DNA of 64,000 bases from Acidimicrobiales bacterium (GCA_020629695.1 JAHDCV010000001.1:52591-116590), one strand, 5' to 3'. Numbered from the stretch's first letter, positions 10,262-20,736 are shown. Made by a program: numbers and translations. The notes: generated from the sequence alone by a model not told the origin.

Positions 10262-11410
10262 ATGCCCCATCCTCTCGGTCCGCCCGCACCCGAGCTGACG
10301 AGTCTCGCCCCCGGGCGGGCCCAGTTCTGCTGGGGTGACCTCCCTCGTGGTGCCGTGCACGTGCATGCCGACGACGGCGTGGTCGACCACACCACGGACC
10401 ATCCCGGCGGCCCGGGCGGACTCGTCATCACCTGGGAGCGCGAGGTCGTCCCGGGCGAGGTGGAGCTGACGGCCGCCGCCCAGTCGTATCGATTCGACCT
10501 CGGGGCCGAGCTCCGACGCCACGGGGCCGCACGCTCCACGAACGAGCCGATCCGGCGGGTCGCCACCATCTCCGATCTCCACCTCGGTGCGACCCGCTTC
10601 GGCTACTTCAAGACGATGCGCGAGACCGGGCATCAGCCGGCCTCCCATCCGTGGCGAGCCGCCCATGCCGCCGTCGAGGAGGCGGTCGCGTGGGGCGCCG
10701 ACCTGCTCGTGATCAAGGGCGACGCCGCACACCACCGCGGCCACGACTTCTACGGCGAGCTCGGCCATCTCGTCGACGCCGTGCCCGCCCTCGACGTCGT
10801 GCTCGTGGCCGGCAATCACGACGTCGACGACAAGGGGGACGACATCGAGCGGCCGGCCACGGTCGGTCGGCGAGCCGTGCCCTACGAGCGCCTGCACGGG
10901 CGGGACCTCGGCGGGGTCGAGCTCCTCGTAGCCGACACCACGATCCCCGGGCGGAGCATCGGCACGATGGCCGACGTGGGTGATCCGCTCGTGGAGGCGG
11001 CCTCGGCTGCGCGCGGTCGGGCACTCGTGCTCCTGCACCATCACCTCGATCCGTTCCGCTGGCCCGTGTTCTGGCCCCCCGGCATCCCCGGCGACGAGGC
11101 CAACGCATGGCTCGATCGACTCGACGCCGCCGCCCCGGGCTCGATCGTCTCGTCCGGGCACTGCCACCGGAACCGCACCCGCATGCACGGCACGGTCCGG
11201 GTGTCGGAGGTCGCCGCCACCAAGGACTACCCCGGGGTCTGGGCCGGCTACGAGATCCATGACGACGGTGTGCGCCAGTTCGTGCAGCGGATCCAGCGGG
11301 CCGACACCGTCGGTTGGCACGAGTACAGCCGCCAGGCGGTCGGCGGGATCTGGGGGCGATACGCCCCGGGATCCCTCGCCGACCGCTGCTGGTTCCACGA
11401 GTTCGTCTGA
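10262..11410 (+). CDS. calcineurin-like metallophosphoesterase
   Basis: SDLH, KGD, GNHD, LHHH, GHCH motifs. Confidence 0.85.
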   Translation: MPHPLGPPAPELTSLAPGRAQFCWGDLPRGAVHVHADDGVVDHTTDHPGGPGGLVITWEREVVPGEVELTAAAQSYRFDLGAELRRHGAARSTNEPIRRVATISDLHLGATRFGYFKTMRETGHQPASHPWRAAHAAVEEAVAWGADLLVIKGDAAHHRGHDFYGELGHLVDAVPALDVVLVAGNHDVDDKGDDIERPATVGRRAVPYERLHGRDLGGVELLVADTTIPGRSIGTMADVGDPLVEAASAARGRALVLLHHHLDPFRWPVFWPPGIPGDEANAWLDRLDAAAPGSIVSSGHCHRNRTRMHGTVRVSEVAATKDYPGVWAGYEIHDDGVRQFVQRIQRADTVGWHEYSRQAVGGIWGRYAPGSLADRCWFHEFV

Positions 11411-11435
11411 CCACGCCCCCGAACGGGCCCGCCGG

Positions 11436-12560
11436 TCAGCCGTCGAAGTCGGCGGGCAGCTCGGTGCAGTCCACCACCTGGAAGGCTCCGGCCGGGACGA
11501 CCTCGTTCGGCCGGATGCTGCCGTCCTCGACGATCCACTTCTCGAAGTACGGCTCCATGTCGAACCCGTTCAGCTGCCAGATCGAGAGCAGGATGTCGAC
11601 GTCGGAGACGAATCGGCCCTGTCCCGCCCGACTCGTCTCGCCGTCGGCGGCGACGAAGCGGGCATCGACCGTGCCGTCCTCGGCCATGGCCACCCGGACG
11701 TGACCGGTGAACGGGCCGGTCTCGTCGGCGGCGGCGTAGCAGGTCGTGCCGGTGAGCACGGGCTGCGCCGGACCCGGATCGCCGGCGACCGAGAGGGCGG
11801 CGTCGACATCATCGAAGGCGCCGGCCGGAGCGTCGCCACAGGCGATGACCGGCAGCCACACGTCCTCGGCGATGCGGAGCTCCTCCCAGCCGTCGAACCA
11901 GACCTCCGCCCGACCGAAGAACGGTCCTTCGTTCACGTTGGTCAGCAGCACCGCCCCGTCGAGCTCGGTCTCGGCGATGCGTTCGCCCCGGAACACCTCC
12001 AGCAGGTTCTCCTCGTTGAATCGGACGGCGGCGTCGACGAGACCGTCGGCGTACTCCCGGAGCTGCACGGTGATACCGAACTCGGCGTTGTCGGGGTCCT
12101 GGAATCCGAAGCAGCGCTGCAGCGCCACCTCGGGTGCGGTGGTCGAGCTGGTCGACGGGTCGACGGTCGGGTCGGATCCGGTCGCGGTCGTCGTCGGCGC
12201 CGGCACAGTGGTCGAGGACGGCTCGATGGCGTCGGTCGACTCGGTCATCTCCGACGTCGACGTCGGTTCGACGCTGGCCGCTTCGACCGTGCGGTCGCCG
12301 CCGCCTGCGGAACGCACGGCCACGGCGCCGGCACCGAGCACGAGTGCCGCACCGGCGGCGAGGGCGAACACGCGGGTGCGGGTCGCCGGTCGGGAGTGGG
12401 TCGTCTCGTTCGTGTTCATGCCCATGAGACGGGGGCGGGTCGCATCCGTATCCACGGATTCGAGGCGATCGGTCAGATCTGCCCAGAAGCCGGGTCGGGC
12501 GTCGGGCACGTCGCCGAGCAGGCGATCGCGCAGTTCGTCCGGGCGGTCCTGGCGGTTCAT
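11436..12560 (-). CDS. single-TM protein, putative anti-sigma factor
   Basis: ATG overlaps the ECF sigma stop; short N-domain, one TM, Thr/Ser linker, acidic C-domain. Confidence 0.65.
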   Translation of the reverse strand: MNRQDRPDELRDRLLGDVPDARPGFWADLTDRLESVDTDATRPRLMGMNTNETTHSRPATRTRVFALAAGAALVLGAGAVAVRSAGGGDRTVEAASVEPTSTSEMTESTDAIEPSSTTVPAPTTTATGSDPTVDPSTSSTTAPEVALQRCFGFQDPDNAEFGITVQLREYADGLVDAAVRFNEENLLEVFRGERIAETELDGAVLLTNVNEGPFFGRAEVWFDGWEELRIAEDVWLPVIACGDAPAGAFDDVDAALSVAGDPGPAQPVLTGTTCYAAADETGPFTGHVRVAMAEDGTVDARFVAADGETSRAGQGRFVSDVDILLSIWQLNGFDMEPYFEKWIVEDGSIRPNEVVPAGAFQVVDCTELPADFDG

Positions 12561-13087
12561 GCGTGCTCCCAACGGGCGAGGGTCTTCCGGGCCCGGCTGG
12601 CCTTCGAGGCGAGGGTGCCGCGCCGCATGCCGGTGATCTCGGCGGCGTCGTCGAAGCTGTAGCCGAGCCCGGCGGTCAACATCAGCGCGACCCGCTGATC
12701 CCGATCGAGCCGGTCCATCACCGCAGCGAACTCGACGCCGGCGAGGGCCTGGTCGTCGACCAGTGCCGACGAAGCGAGGCCTCGGGCGGAGTCGAGGTCG
12801 TCGTGACGGCGTCGCCCCTCGTAGCGGGCGTGATCGATCGCCGCCCGGTAACAGATCGAGTGCAGCCAGGTCGACATCTGTGACCGTCCGTCGAACTGAT
12901 CGAGCGACCGGAACGCCTTCTCGTACGCAGCCTGGAGCACGTCGTCGATCGCGTCCGGGTCTCGTACGACGCTCCACACCATCGCCCGCAGCGACCGGTC
13001 GTGGAGGCGCAAGACCTCCACGAAGGCGGTCACTTCTGGTCGGGGCGGCGGCGAGGCCGTGGGGTCGTGTGTGGTCACCGGGGTCAC
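12557..13087 (-). CDS. ECF RNA polymerase sigma factor
   Basis: DDVLQAAY, STWLHSI (region 2); GYSFDDAAEITG..GTLASKASRARK (region 4). Confidence 0.9.
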   Translation of the reverse strand: MTPVTTHDPTASPPPRPEVTAFVEVLRLHDRSLRAMVWSVVRDPDAIDDVLQAAYEKAFRSLDQFDGRSQMSTWLHSICYRAAIDHARYEGRRRHDDLDSARGLASSALVDDQALAGVEFAAVMDRLDRDQRVALMLTAGLGYSFDDAAEITGMRRGTLASKASRARKTLARWEHA

Positions 13088-13147
13088 AGGAGATTGGACG
13101 GCGCAGGCCCGGATCCGTATCCCGGGCGACAGGAGGTTCTCAGTCGA

Positions 13148-14545
13148 TCATTCGGCCGCCGCCACGCCGAGCCGTCGGATGCCCTCGATGAGGACGGGTT
13201 CGGGTCGGTCGAAACAGAGACGGAGATGATCCCCGTACCCATCGGCCACCGACGCCGAGTGTCCACTCGCGACCAGCACGCCCGCCCGACGGGCTCGGGT
13301 CATGACCGCGTCGGCGTTGTCCCCGTCGAGATCGAGCCACAACGACAGACCACCGGCCGGCGTCGTCCACCGCCAGCCGGGAGTGTGGTCCGAGAGGAGC
13401 TCCTCGGCGAGGGTCAACCGGTCCCGCAACCGTTGCTGTCGCTCGATCCGGAGCGCCGCGTGCTGGTCGATGATCGCCCTGGCGACGATCTGTGCGGGCA
13501 CGGAGGTCCCGAGGTCGAACGGCAACCGAGCACGGACGAGTCGCTCCACCAGATCCTGGGGGCCCCGCAGCCAACCGACACGGACCCCACCCCAGGCGAG
13601 CTTCGAGACCGACCCGACCGACAGCACCATGGCCCGGGTGCATCGGGCGGCGAGCGGCGGCGGCGCGGCGTCGTCGAAGGCCACGTCGTGGAGCACGAGA
13701 TCCTCCACCACCGTCAGTTCGGCGCGATCGCACATCTCCGCCAACCAGCGCAGGGTCGTCTCGTCGGTGACCGATCCGGTGGGTGAGTGCACGGTCGGCT
13801 GGAGGAACGCGAATCGAGGGCGCCGCTCGACCAACACATCCCTCAGCACCGCGAGGTCGATGACGCCGGCCCGCCGGGGGATCGGAATCGGGTCGAGCCC
13901 CAGGGCCGCGGCCAGATCGACGAAGCCCGGATAGGTCGGGTCGTCCACGATCACCGCATCGCCTCGTCGGGCCAGTGAACCGAAGACCAGGGCGATCGCA
14001 TCGTGAGCGCCGTTGGTGACGAGCACCTGGGCGCGCTCGGTCGGCATGGCGACCGTCGTCCAGTGCTCGGCGATGGTGTCCCGCAGCGACGGGATGCCCG
14101 CTGGTGCATACCCGGTGGCGGGTGAGGCGCCGAGCAGATCGTCGAGATCGACCGAGACCGGCGGCAGGGCTCGGGCGTCGCCCGGCACGGCTCCGGCCAG
14201 GTCGATGCCCGCGAACTCGCCGATCAGCCCGGGCAGGACGGTCGCGGCCTGCTCGGCGCGGGTCAACGGTGGTGGCCCGACCACCCGGGTCCCGCTCCCC
14301 TGCCGCGAAGCCAGATGGCCATCGGCCTTGAGCTGCGAGAGCGCGGTGGTGAGTGTGGAACGGCTGACCGCCAGGGCGGGGGCCAGCACCCGCTCGGGCG
14401 GCAGCTGCGCACCATCGATCAACAGACCGGCGTCGATGGCGTGACGGAACGCGTCCGCCAATCGGCGGTGCACCGACCCGCCGCCGCCCACTGCCCAGTT
14501 CCCGATCGCGGACGCGACGGCGGTGGTGGTGAGGCGGTCGGACAT
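13148..14545 (-). CDS. MocR/GntR family PLP-dependent transcriptional regulator
   Basis: LPPERVLA..LAVSRST..RQGSGT wHTH; TNGA, PTY, HSPTG, GSVSKLAWGGVRVGW. Confidence 0.9.
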   Translation of the reverse strand: MSDRLTTTAVASAIGNWAVGGGGSVHRRLADAFRHAIDAGLLIDGAQLPPERVLAPALAVSRSTLTTALSQLKADGHLASRQGSGTRVVGPPPLTRAEQAATVLPGLIGEFAGIDLAGAVPGDARALPPVSVDLDDLLGASPATGYAPAGIPSLRDTIAEHWTTVAMPTERAQVLVTNGAHDAIALVFGSLARRGDAVIVDDPTYPGFVDLAAALGLDPIPIPRRAGVIDLAVLRDVLVERRPRFAFLQPTVHSPTGSVTDETTLRWLAEMCDRAELTVVEDLVLHDVAFDDAAPPPLAARCTRAMVLSVGSVSKLAWGGVRVGWLRGPQDLVERLVRARLPFDLGTSVPAQIVARAIIDQHAALRIERQQRLRDRLTLAEELLSDHTPGWRWTTPAGGLSLWLDLDGDNADAVMTRARRAGVLVASGHSASVADGYGDHLRLCFDRPEPVLIEGIRRLGVAAAE

Positions 14546-14563
14546 GACGCGATCCTGACACCG

Positions 14564-14588
14564 ATTGGTCTGGCTGTCCCAGACCAAT
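14564..14588. promoter_or_regulatory. inverted-repeat operator candidate
   Basis: ATTGGTCTGG-N5-CCAGACCAAT perfect inverted repeat just upstream of the MocR start. Confidence 0.6.
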
Positions 14589-14601
14589 TCGAGGCAGGCG
14601 G

Positions 14602-14979
14602 TCAGTGCATGACCGGCGACGGAGCCTCGGCGACGGGTTGTTCGTCGACGGGGCAGACCTCGTAGACCCAGGCCTCGGGCTGTGCCACGCCGTCGACCCT
14701 CGGAATGATCCGTCGCCGGCGGTACCCCGCACCCTCGAACGCGTCGATCTCGGGCCAGGCGTGTTCCAGGGCGGAACTCTCGAGCAGCCATCCGGCCACA
14801 TCCGGACCGGACTCGTCCAGCTCGATCGCCGGATACCCGGACGCGAACCCCCATCCCGAGGGGCGCAGGTGTCCACGGATCACGACCTCGCTCCACGTGC
14901 CGCCCAGATGCCCGAGGACGTGGGAGTTCTCCCGCCCCGGTGCGAGCGTGCCGTAGACGACGAGCCGACGGTCGATCAC
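14602..14979 (-). CDS. gamma-glutamylcyclotransferase family protein
   Basis: VYGTLAPG, GYPA, IDAFEG..YRR, AWVY. Confidence 0.85.
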   Translation of the reverse strand: MIDRRLVVYGTLAPGRENSHVLGHLGGTWSEVVIRGHLRPSGWGFASGYPAIELDESGPDVAGWLLESSALEHAWPEIDAFEGAGYRRRRIIPRVDGVAQPEAWVYEVCPVDEQPVAEAPSPVMH

Positions 14980-15605
14980 GGGAGCACGCCGTGGGATTCG
15001 AGCGCCCGCCGTGCCTCGGCGGGCCCGACGACGCGTTCGGCCCCGAGGCCTGCCGCACGGGCGCCATCGACGTTGAGCTGGTTGTCGTCCAGGAACAGCA
15101 CGCACGCGGGCGGAACCTCCAGCAGCTCCACGACCCGTTCGAAGATGTCCGTGCTGGGTTTGGCCAGGCCGAGCTGGAACGACGGGAAGTGCCGGTCGAA
15201 TGCGGCGCCGATTCCCCACGGCTCGAACTGCGCGTCCCAATGGATCGGATTGGTGTTGGACAACGAGCCGGTGAGCACCGGCACCTCGGCCACGAGTTCG
15301 AGCGCACCCGGGTACAGCGCCGACGGCCACGCCGCGAACTCGTCGAGGAACTGCTCGGGGGTGATGCCGATGCCGAACTCGGCAACGAACGCCTCGGCGA
15401 AGGCGTCGGCCGAGGACGCTCCACGTTCGAAGTCATGGCCGGCTCCCATGCCGAGCCAACGGGGCCAGAACGTCTCGGGCTCGAATCCGTGGCGGGTCAA
15501 GAACGCATCGAGACCACCGAGTTCGACGATCACCCCGCCGAGATCGAACAGCACCGCCTCGATGGCATCACCCATCGGCGGCCCGTCCGCGCTCGCGGCC
15601 TTCAC
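14976..15605 (-). CDS. HAD family phosphatase
   Basis: FDLGGV, LSNTN, KP, FLDDNQLNV. Confidence 0.88.
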   Translation of the reverse strand: MKAASADGPPMGDAIEAVLFDLGGVIVELGGLDAFLTRHGFEPETFWPRWLGMGAGHDFERGASSADAFAEAFVAEFGIGITPEQFLDEFAAWPSALYPGALELVAEVPVLTGSLSNTNPIHWDAQFEPWGIGAAFDRHFPSFQLGLAKPSTDIFERVVELLEVPPACVLFLDDNQLNVDGARAAGLGAERVVGPAEARRALESHGVLP

Positions 15606-15985
15606 GAAGGTCCCTCCTCGGCGTCGAGCCGTTTCACGAGAGTCGTCGGTGCGGCGAGTCGATACGCGTCGACGAGCACCTCGAACACCTCGTCCCAGTC
15701 GACCTCACCGACATCGAGACGCATGCCGATCCAGCCACGGTGGCCGACGTAGGGCGGGCGGAAGAACCGCTCCGGGTCGGCCTCGATCACCTCGGCCTGC
15801 ACCCCCTCCGGAGCGCCGCACCACAAGCAGACGCCGTGGTCGCCGTGATGATCGTTCCAGACGTGCACCAGGACCTTCCTGTCCCGGATGAAGAACGTCG
15901 GTGTGTGGTGGCTGAGGCGTTCGGTCACCTCGGGCAGCCGGGCGCAGAGCGCACGCACACCGGCCACCGCATCGTCGAAGTCCAT
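15602..15985 (-). CDS. MmcQ/YjbR family protein
   Basis: LPEVTERLSH..PTF, FFRPPYVGHRGWIG, AYRLAAP. Confidence 0.85.
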   Translation of the reverse strand: MDFDDAVAGVRALCARLPEVTERLSHHTPTFFIRDRKVLVHVWNDHHGDHGVCLWCGAPEGVQAEVIEADPERFFRPPYVGHRGWIGMRLDVGEVDWDEVFEVLVDAYRLAAPTTLVKRLDAEEGPS

Positions 15986-15998
15986 GGGCCTCAGTGTG

Positions 15999-16409
15999 TC
16001 ACTCGGCCGAGGTCCCGGTGGTCGCCTCGGGCGCCGACGAGAACGTGCGGATGAACGCGATCACGTCCTCGATCTGATCGTCATCGAGGTTGTTCCGGGT
16101 CATCGTGACCCGCCAGCCGGCCACGAGCTCGGCCTGTGGGTCCCGGATCGACCGGAACAGGTAGTCGTCGTCGGCGATCACCGTCGTGCCGTCAGCGAGG
16201 AGCACCTCCGACCCGACCAGGTCGATCCAGGCCGGCCCGAGCCCACCCTGCCCGTCGGCGCCGTGGCACGACGAACACCCCGCACTCCTCGCGATCTGTT
16301 TGCCGCGGACCTCCTGCGGTGTGAGCCCGCCGGCATCGGTCGAGCCACCACCACAGGCGGCGAGCAACAGCGCGAGGCCCGCGAACAACGGGGCGAGTTT
16401 CGGACTCAC
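15999..16409 (-). CDS. c-type cytochrome lipoprotein
   Basis: Lipobox LAAC, CSSCH heme motif, DDDYLFRSIRDP, distal Met. Confidence 0.85.
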   Translation of the reverse strand: MSPKLAPLFAGLALLLAACGGGSTDAGGLTPQEVRGKQIARSAGCSSCHGADGQGGLGPAWIDLVGSEVLLADGTTVIADDDYLFRSIRDPQAELVAGWRVTMTRNNLDDDQIEDVIAFIRTFSSAPEATTGTSAE

Positions 16410-16452
16410 GGGCGCAGTGTGGGCGGACACACCGAAAATCCGGCGATACCGA

Positions 16453-16989
16453 TCAGGAAGCCCCGGCCGACAACAACGGGGCCACGACCGCGGCGGAATC
16501 CACGCAGACTTCGCGGTCCTGCATCCAAGCGTCCAGGTCGGCCAACGGCACGAGGGCGAGCTCGACGACCTCGCCGTCGTTGCAGATCGGTACGAGCTCG
16601 GTCCGCACGAGGTAGGCCCGACCGACGATGGAGCCATGGTCGTCGGTGTGGTGGACCGCGCCGAGGTCCTCGAGATCGGCCGGGTCGACGACGAGGCCCG
16701 CTTCCTCCTCGAGTTCGCGGATCGCCGATCGTCGCCACGCCTCGTCGACGTCGCACACACCACCGAAGGCGAGATCCCACCACCCCGGCGCGATGTCCTT
16801 CCAGTCGGCCCGCCGATGCACCCAGACCTCGGCGGCGGCGTTCATCACCACGACGTAGGTGCACCGGTGCTTCAGGCGCTGGGCCCGCATCTCGGCCCGG
16901 GTCACCACCCGCAGCACGTTGCCGTCGGCGTCGACTTCCTCGACGAGTTCCGTGGCCTTGGCGGCGGCGAGCTGTGCTGGGTCGTTCAC
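16453..16989 (-). CDS. NUDIX hydrolase
   Basis: PGWWDLAFGG..AIRELEEEAGL Nudix box. Confidence 0.88.
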   Translation of the reverse strand: MNDPAQLAAAKATELVEEVDADGNVLRVVTRAEMRAQRLKHRCTYVVVMNAAAEVWVHRRADWKDIAPGWWDLAFGGVCDVDEAWRRSAIRELEEEAGLVVDPADLEDLGAVHHTDDHGSIVGRAYLVRTELVPICNDGEVVELALVPLADLDAWMQDREVCVDSAAVVAPLLSAGAS

Positions 16990-17009
16990 GGGTGACAGAC
17001 TGCCAGGCC

Positions 17010-18323
17010 ATGACGGCTCTGGAACGCATCTCGGGAAACCGGCCGACCTGGCGGAACTGGGCCGGCAACCAATGGTCGGTGCCGGATCACCTGCTCCGGC
17101 CGACCACCGAGACCGAGATCGTCGACGCGGTCCGCCTCGGCAACGCCACCGACCGCATCGTGAAGATCGTCGGAGCTGGTCACAGTTTCACCGACATCGC
17201 GTGCACCAACGGGGTGCTGCTCTCGCTCGACGACTACGACGACATCGTCCGGGTCGACGGCAACGACGTGACCGTGCAGGCCGGCATCCGCATCGGGGCG
17301 TTGTGTCGGAAACTCGAAGAACACGGCTTGGCCCTCCCGAATCTGGGAGACATCGACGTGCAGTCGGTGGCCGGCGCCATCTCGACCGGCACCCACGGCA
17401 CCGGGCTCGAGTACCAGTCGATCGCGGCCGCCGTCGTGGGGCTCCGGCTGGTCACGGCCGACGGAGGCGTCGCCGTCTGCTCCGAGACCGAACGGCCCGA
17501 CCTCCTCCACGTCGCCCGCGTCGGCCTCGGCGCACTCGGTCTCATCAGCGAGGTGACGCTGCGGTGTGAGCCGGCCTTCAACCTCCATGCGGTCGAGAAG
17601 GCGACCTCGGTCGCGAAGCTCCTGCCCCGGCTCGACGAGCTGATCCGGTCGAACGAGCATTTCGAGTTCTTCTGGCTGCCCTACACCGAGGCCGTCCTCA
17701 CGAAGTCCAACAACCGCACCGATCAGCCGTCCACCGGGGGCGAACAACGCCGCCGCCTGGAACAGGAGCTGCTCGAGAACGTGGGGTTCGGTGCCCTGAA
17801 CATGGTGGCCCGCAGGGCCCCCGCGCTGATCCCGAAGCTCGCCACGGCGCTCCCGGGTTCGGGGGTCACCGAATACGTGACCCGCTCGGCGGACGTCTTC
17901 ACCAGCCCTCGACGAGTCCGGTTCCTCGAATCGGAGTACGCGGTGCCCCTCGATGCCTTCGAGGAGGTGTTCACCCGGCTCCGCCGGCTGGTCGACACCC
18001 TGCCCGCGCCGGTGAGCTTCCCGGTCGAGTGCCGCTTCCTCGGTGCCGACGACATCCCACTGTCGATGGCGTCGGGTCGGGCGTCGGCCTTCATCGCCAT
18101 CCACACCGCGATCGGGATGCCCCACGAGGGCTACATGGCCAGCTTCGAGCAGATCGTCGACGACGTCGGCGGTCGGCCGCACTGGGGCAAGCTGCACCGC
18201 AAGACCGAGGTCGAGCTGGTCGACCTCTACCCCGAGTTCGACCTCTTCCGCGACTGGCGCGACGAGCTCGACCCCGATCGTCGCTGGCAGAACCCCTACC
18301 TCGCCCGCGTCCTCGGCGACTGA
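17010..18323 (+). CDS. FAD-linked D-arabinono-1,4-lactone oxidase family protein
   Basis: WRNWAGN, VGAGHSF, GAISTGTHG, GRPHWGK. Confidence 0.9.
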   Translation: MTALERISGNRPTWRNWAGNQWSVPDHLLRPTTETEIVDAVRLGNATDRIVKIVGAGHSFTDIACTNGVLLSLDDYDDIVRVDGNDVTVQAGIRIGALCRKLEEHGLALPNLGDIDVQSVAGAISTGTHGTGLEYQSIAAAVVGLRLVTADGGVAVCSETERPDLLHVARVGLGALGLISEVTLRCEPAFNLHAVEKATSVAKLLPRLDELIRSNEHFEFFWLPYTEAVLTKSNNRTDQPSTGGEQRRRLEQELLENVGFGALNMVARRAPALIPKLATALPGSGVTEYVTRSADVFTSPRRVRFLESEYAVPLDAFEEVFTRLRRLVDTLPAPVSFPVECRFLGADDIPLSMASGRASAFIAIHTAIGMPHEGYMASFEQIVDDVGGRPHWGKLHRKTEVELVDLYPEFDLFRDWRDELDPDRRWQNPYLARVLGD

Positions 18324-18386
18324 AATCCCAGGCTCAGGCGACAGATCCTGTTGCCGGTCGCATGCACTTCCGGCAAGCGGCGCCGA

Positions 18387-19631
18387 TCAGGCCAGGGTGT
18401 CGCGGATCTCCTCGACCGACGCCCCGGCGGTCAGCGCCTGCCGGCCCTTGATCGCATGCCGAGGACGGTTGACGGCGAGCACCCCACACGGCGCCCCGTC
18501 GACGTCGAGGTAGAGCTGGGCGAAGCGACCCTCGGCAGGATCACCGTGGACGGTCTCCTTCGTCGGGCCCGAGACCCCGGCGAACTGGATCTTCCAGTCG
18601 TACTGATCCGACCAGAACCACGGCACCGGGCCGAACGGCTCGGGCGCCGGCTCACCGGCGAGGTCGGCCAGCAGCCGGCGGCCGGCGTAGCCCCCCTGGT
18701 CGACGCCGTTGTCCCACTGCTCGACCCGCATCGACCGGCCGTAGCGAGGATGGTCCCAGTTGGCGACGTCGCCGGCGACGACGACACCCGGCGCCGCAAG
18801 ACAGGTCGAGTCGGCGCGCACGCCGTTGTCGAGTTCCAGCCCCGAGCCACCGAGCCACTCGGTGTTGGGGATGGCGCCGATGCCGACGACGACCGTGCGG
18901 GCCTCGACGACGGAGCCGTCGCCCAGGCGCACGCCACGCACGTGCTGGTGGTCGCCGTGATCGTCGATCTCGAAGCCCTCGACACCGACACCGAGGCGCA
19001 CGTCGACACCCTCGGCCCGATGCCGCTCGGCGACGAGCATGCCGGCCTCGGCGTCGAGCACCCGGGTCAGCGGTGCGTCCGCCGCTTCGATCATCACGAC
19101 GTCGTGGCCCTGGGACCGGAAGGTCGCGGCGACCTCGCCGCCGATGAACCCGGCGCCGATGACGGCGATGGGTCCGCCTCGATCGTCGACGGCGGCCCGT
19201 AACCGGTCGCTGTCGGCCTTCGACCGCACGACGTGCAGGTCGGTCACGCCCTCGGTGCCGGGCAAGCGACGGGCCCGGGCGCCGGTGGCGATGACCAGCC
19301 CGTCGAAGCCGATCTCGTCGGCGCCGTCGGCCATCGACAGCGTGCGTACCGTGCGGGTGTCGAGGTCGAGGCCGACGGCATCGGTACCGAGCCGCCAGTC
19401 GACCCCGAGTGACTCCGGGTCCTTCGAGGGCCGCAACGCCAGCTTGTCAGCGTCCCACTCCCCAGCGAGGTACTGCTTCGAGAGCGGTGGACGGTCGTAG
19501 GGCTGATCGGTCTCGTCACCGATCAGCGTGATCGTCGCGTCGGATCCGGCGCGGCGGATCGCCTGCGCCGCGTGCACCCCGGCCAGCGACGCGCCGACGA
19601 TCACGATGCGCGGCGCCACGATGTCGGACAC
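18387..19631 (-). CDS. ferredoxin reductase (FAD/NAD(P)H)
   Basis: GASLAG, YDRPPLSK, ATG, GAGFIG, GD, PWFWSDQY. Confidence 0.92.
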   Translation of the reverse strand: MSDIVAPRIVIVGASLAGVHAAQAIRRAGSDATITLIGDETDQPYDRPPLSKQYLAGEWDADKLALRPSKDPESLGVDWRLGTDAVGLDLDTRTVRTLSMADGADEIGFDGLVIATGARARRLPGTEGVTDLHVVRSKADSDRLRAAVDDRGGPIAVIGAGFIGGEVAATFRSQGHDVVMIEAADAPLTRVLDAEAGMLVAERHRAEGVDVRLGVGVEGFEIDDHGDHQHVRGVRLGDGSVVEARTVVVGIGAIPNTEWLGGSGLELDNGVRADSTCLAAPGVVVAGDVANWDHPRYGRSMRVEQWDNGVDQGGYAGRRLLADLAGEPAPEPFGPVPWFWSDQYDWKIQFAGVSGPTKETVHGDPAEGRFAQLYLDVDGAPCGVLAVNRPRHAIKGRQALTAGASVEEIRDTLA

Positions 19632-19633
19632 GG

Positions 19634-19825
19634 TCAGTCTTCGAGGGTGATCGCCTGCTTGGGGCAGCGATCGGCGGCGTCACGCACCTTGTCGTGCAGC
19701 GCCTCGCCCGGGTTCTCCTCGAGGACGTACAGGAAGTCGTCGTCGCGCACCTCGAACACCTCGGGGGCGATCTCCATGCACACGGCGTTGGACTCACACA
19801 GATCGAAATCGACCACGACCTTCAT
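19634..19825 (-). CDS. ferredoxin ([3Fe-4S] P450-type)
   Basis: CESNAVC..APEVF..CPKQAI. Confidence 0.92.
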   Translation of the reverse strand: MKVVVDFDLCESNAVCMEIAPEVFEVRDDDFLYVLEENPGEALHDKVRDAADRCPKQAITLED

Positions 19826-19914
19826 GACTGGCTCCTCGAGGGGTTGAACTCGTCAGCGCCCCGATGTTGCCACGGCTGACCGATGTTCGCCTCACGCGCG
19901 CCGACCGGAGCGTC

Positions 19915-20670
19915 TCAGAACCGTGTGTAACCGCCGTCGATGACGATCTCGTCGCCGGTGTGCCAGGGGTTCGACGGATCGCACAACCAGGCACCCGCGG
20001 CGGCGAAGTCGGCCGGGACCCCCCAACGGCGCACCGGTGTGCGCTTCGTGGTGGCGTCCAGGAACTTGTCGTACTGGCGCGCGCCCTCGGTCATCTCGGT
20101 CTCGACCCAACCGGGGATGATCGAGTTCGCCCGGATGCCGTAGCGGGCGAGCTCGACGGCGAGCCCCCGCATCATCGCCAACATGCCGGCCTTGGAGTGG
20201 GCGTAGGGCTGGGCGCCCGGCGCGCCGTGGATCGCCGAGGTCGACGACGTGCCGACCAGCGCACCGCCCTCGCCGCGCTCGACCATGTGCCGAGCCGCGG
20301 CGCGCAGTGTCAGAAACGCACCGTCGGTGTTGATCGCCTGGACCCGCCGCCACGTCTCCAGGGTCTGCTCGATGAAGGGCGCACCGCCGCTCACACCCGC
20401 ATTGGCGACGGCGGCGTCGACCTTGCCGAGCTCATCGAGGATCGCGGCGAAGCTCGTCTCCACCTGTTCTTCGTCGGAGACGTCGACCTGCTGGGCCATG
20501 ACCCGCCCGCCGTGGGTTCGCAGCGACTCGGAGGCGACGGCGAGTTTGGTGGTGTTCGTCCCCCAGATCGCGACGTCCGCACCCGCGGCAGCACACCCGT
20601 CGGCGATGCCGAGGCCGATGCCGCCGTTGCCGCCGGTCACCAACACCACACGTCCTGAGAGATCCGTCAT
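19915..20670 (-). CDS. SDR family oxidoreductase
   Basis: TGGNGGIG, NAG, YAHSK, IDGGY. Confidence 0.92.
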   Translation of the reverse strand: MTDLSGRVVLVTGGNGGIGLGIADGCAAAGADVAIWGTNTTKLAVASESLRTHGGRVMAQQVDVSDEEQVETSFAAILDELGKVDAAVANAGVSGGAPFIEQTLETWRRVQAINTDGAFLTLRAAARHMVERGEGGALVGTSSTSAIHGAPGAQPYAHSKAGMLAMMRGLAVELARYGIRANSIIPGWVETEMTEGARQYDKFLDATTKRTPVRRWGVPADFAAAGAWLCDPSNPWHTGDEIVIDGGYTRF

Positions 20671-20736
20671 GCACCGATGTTGGACTGCTCGCCCGCCTGA
20701 CGCCAGCCGACGGACCGGGACCGGGATCGAGGTCGC

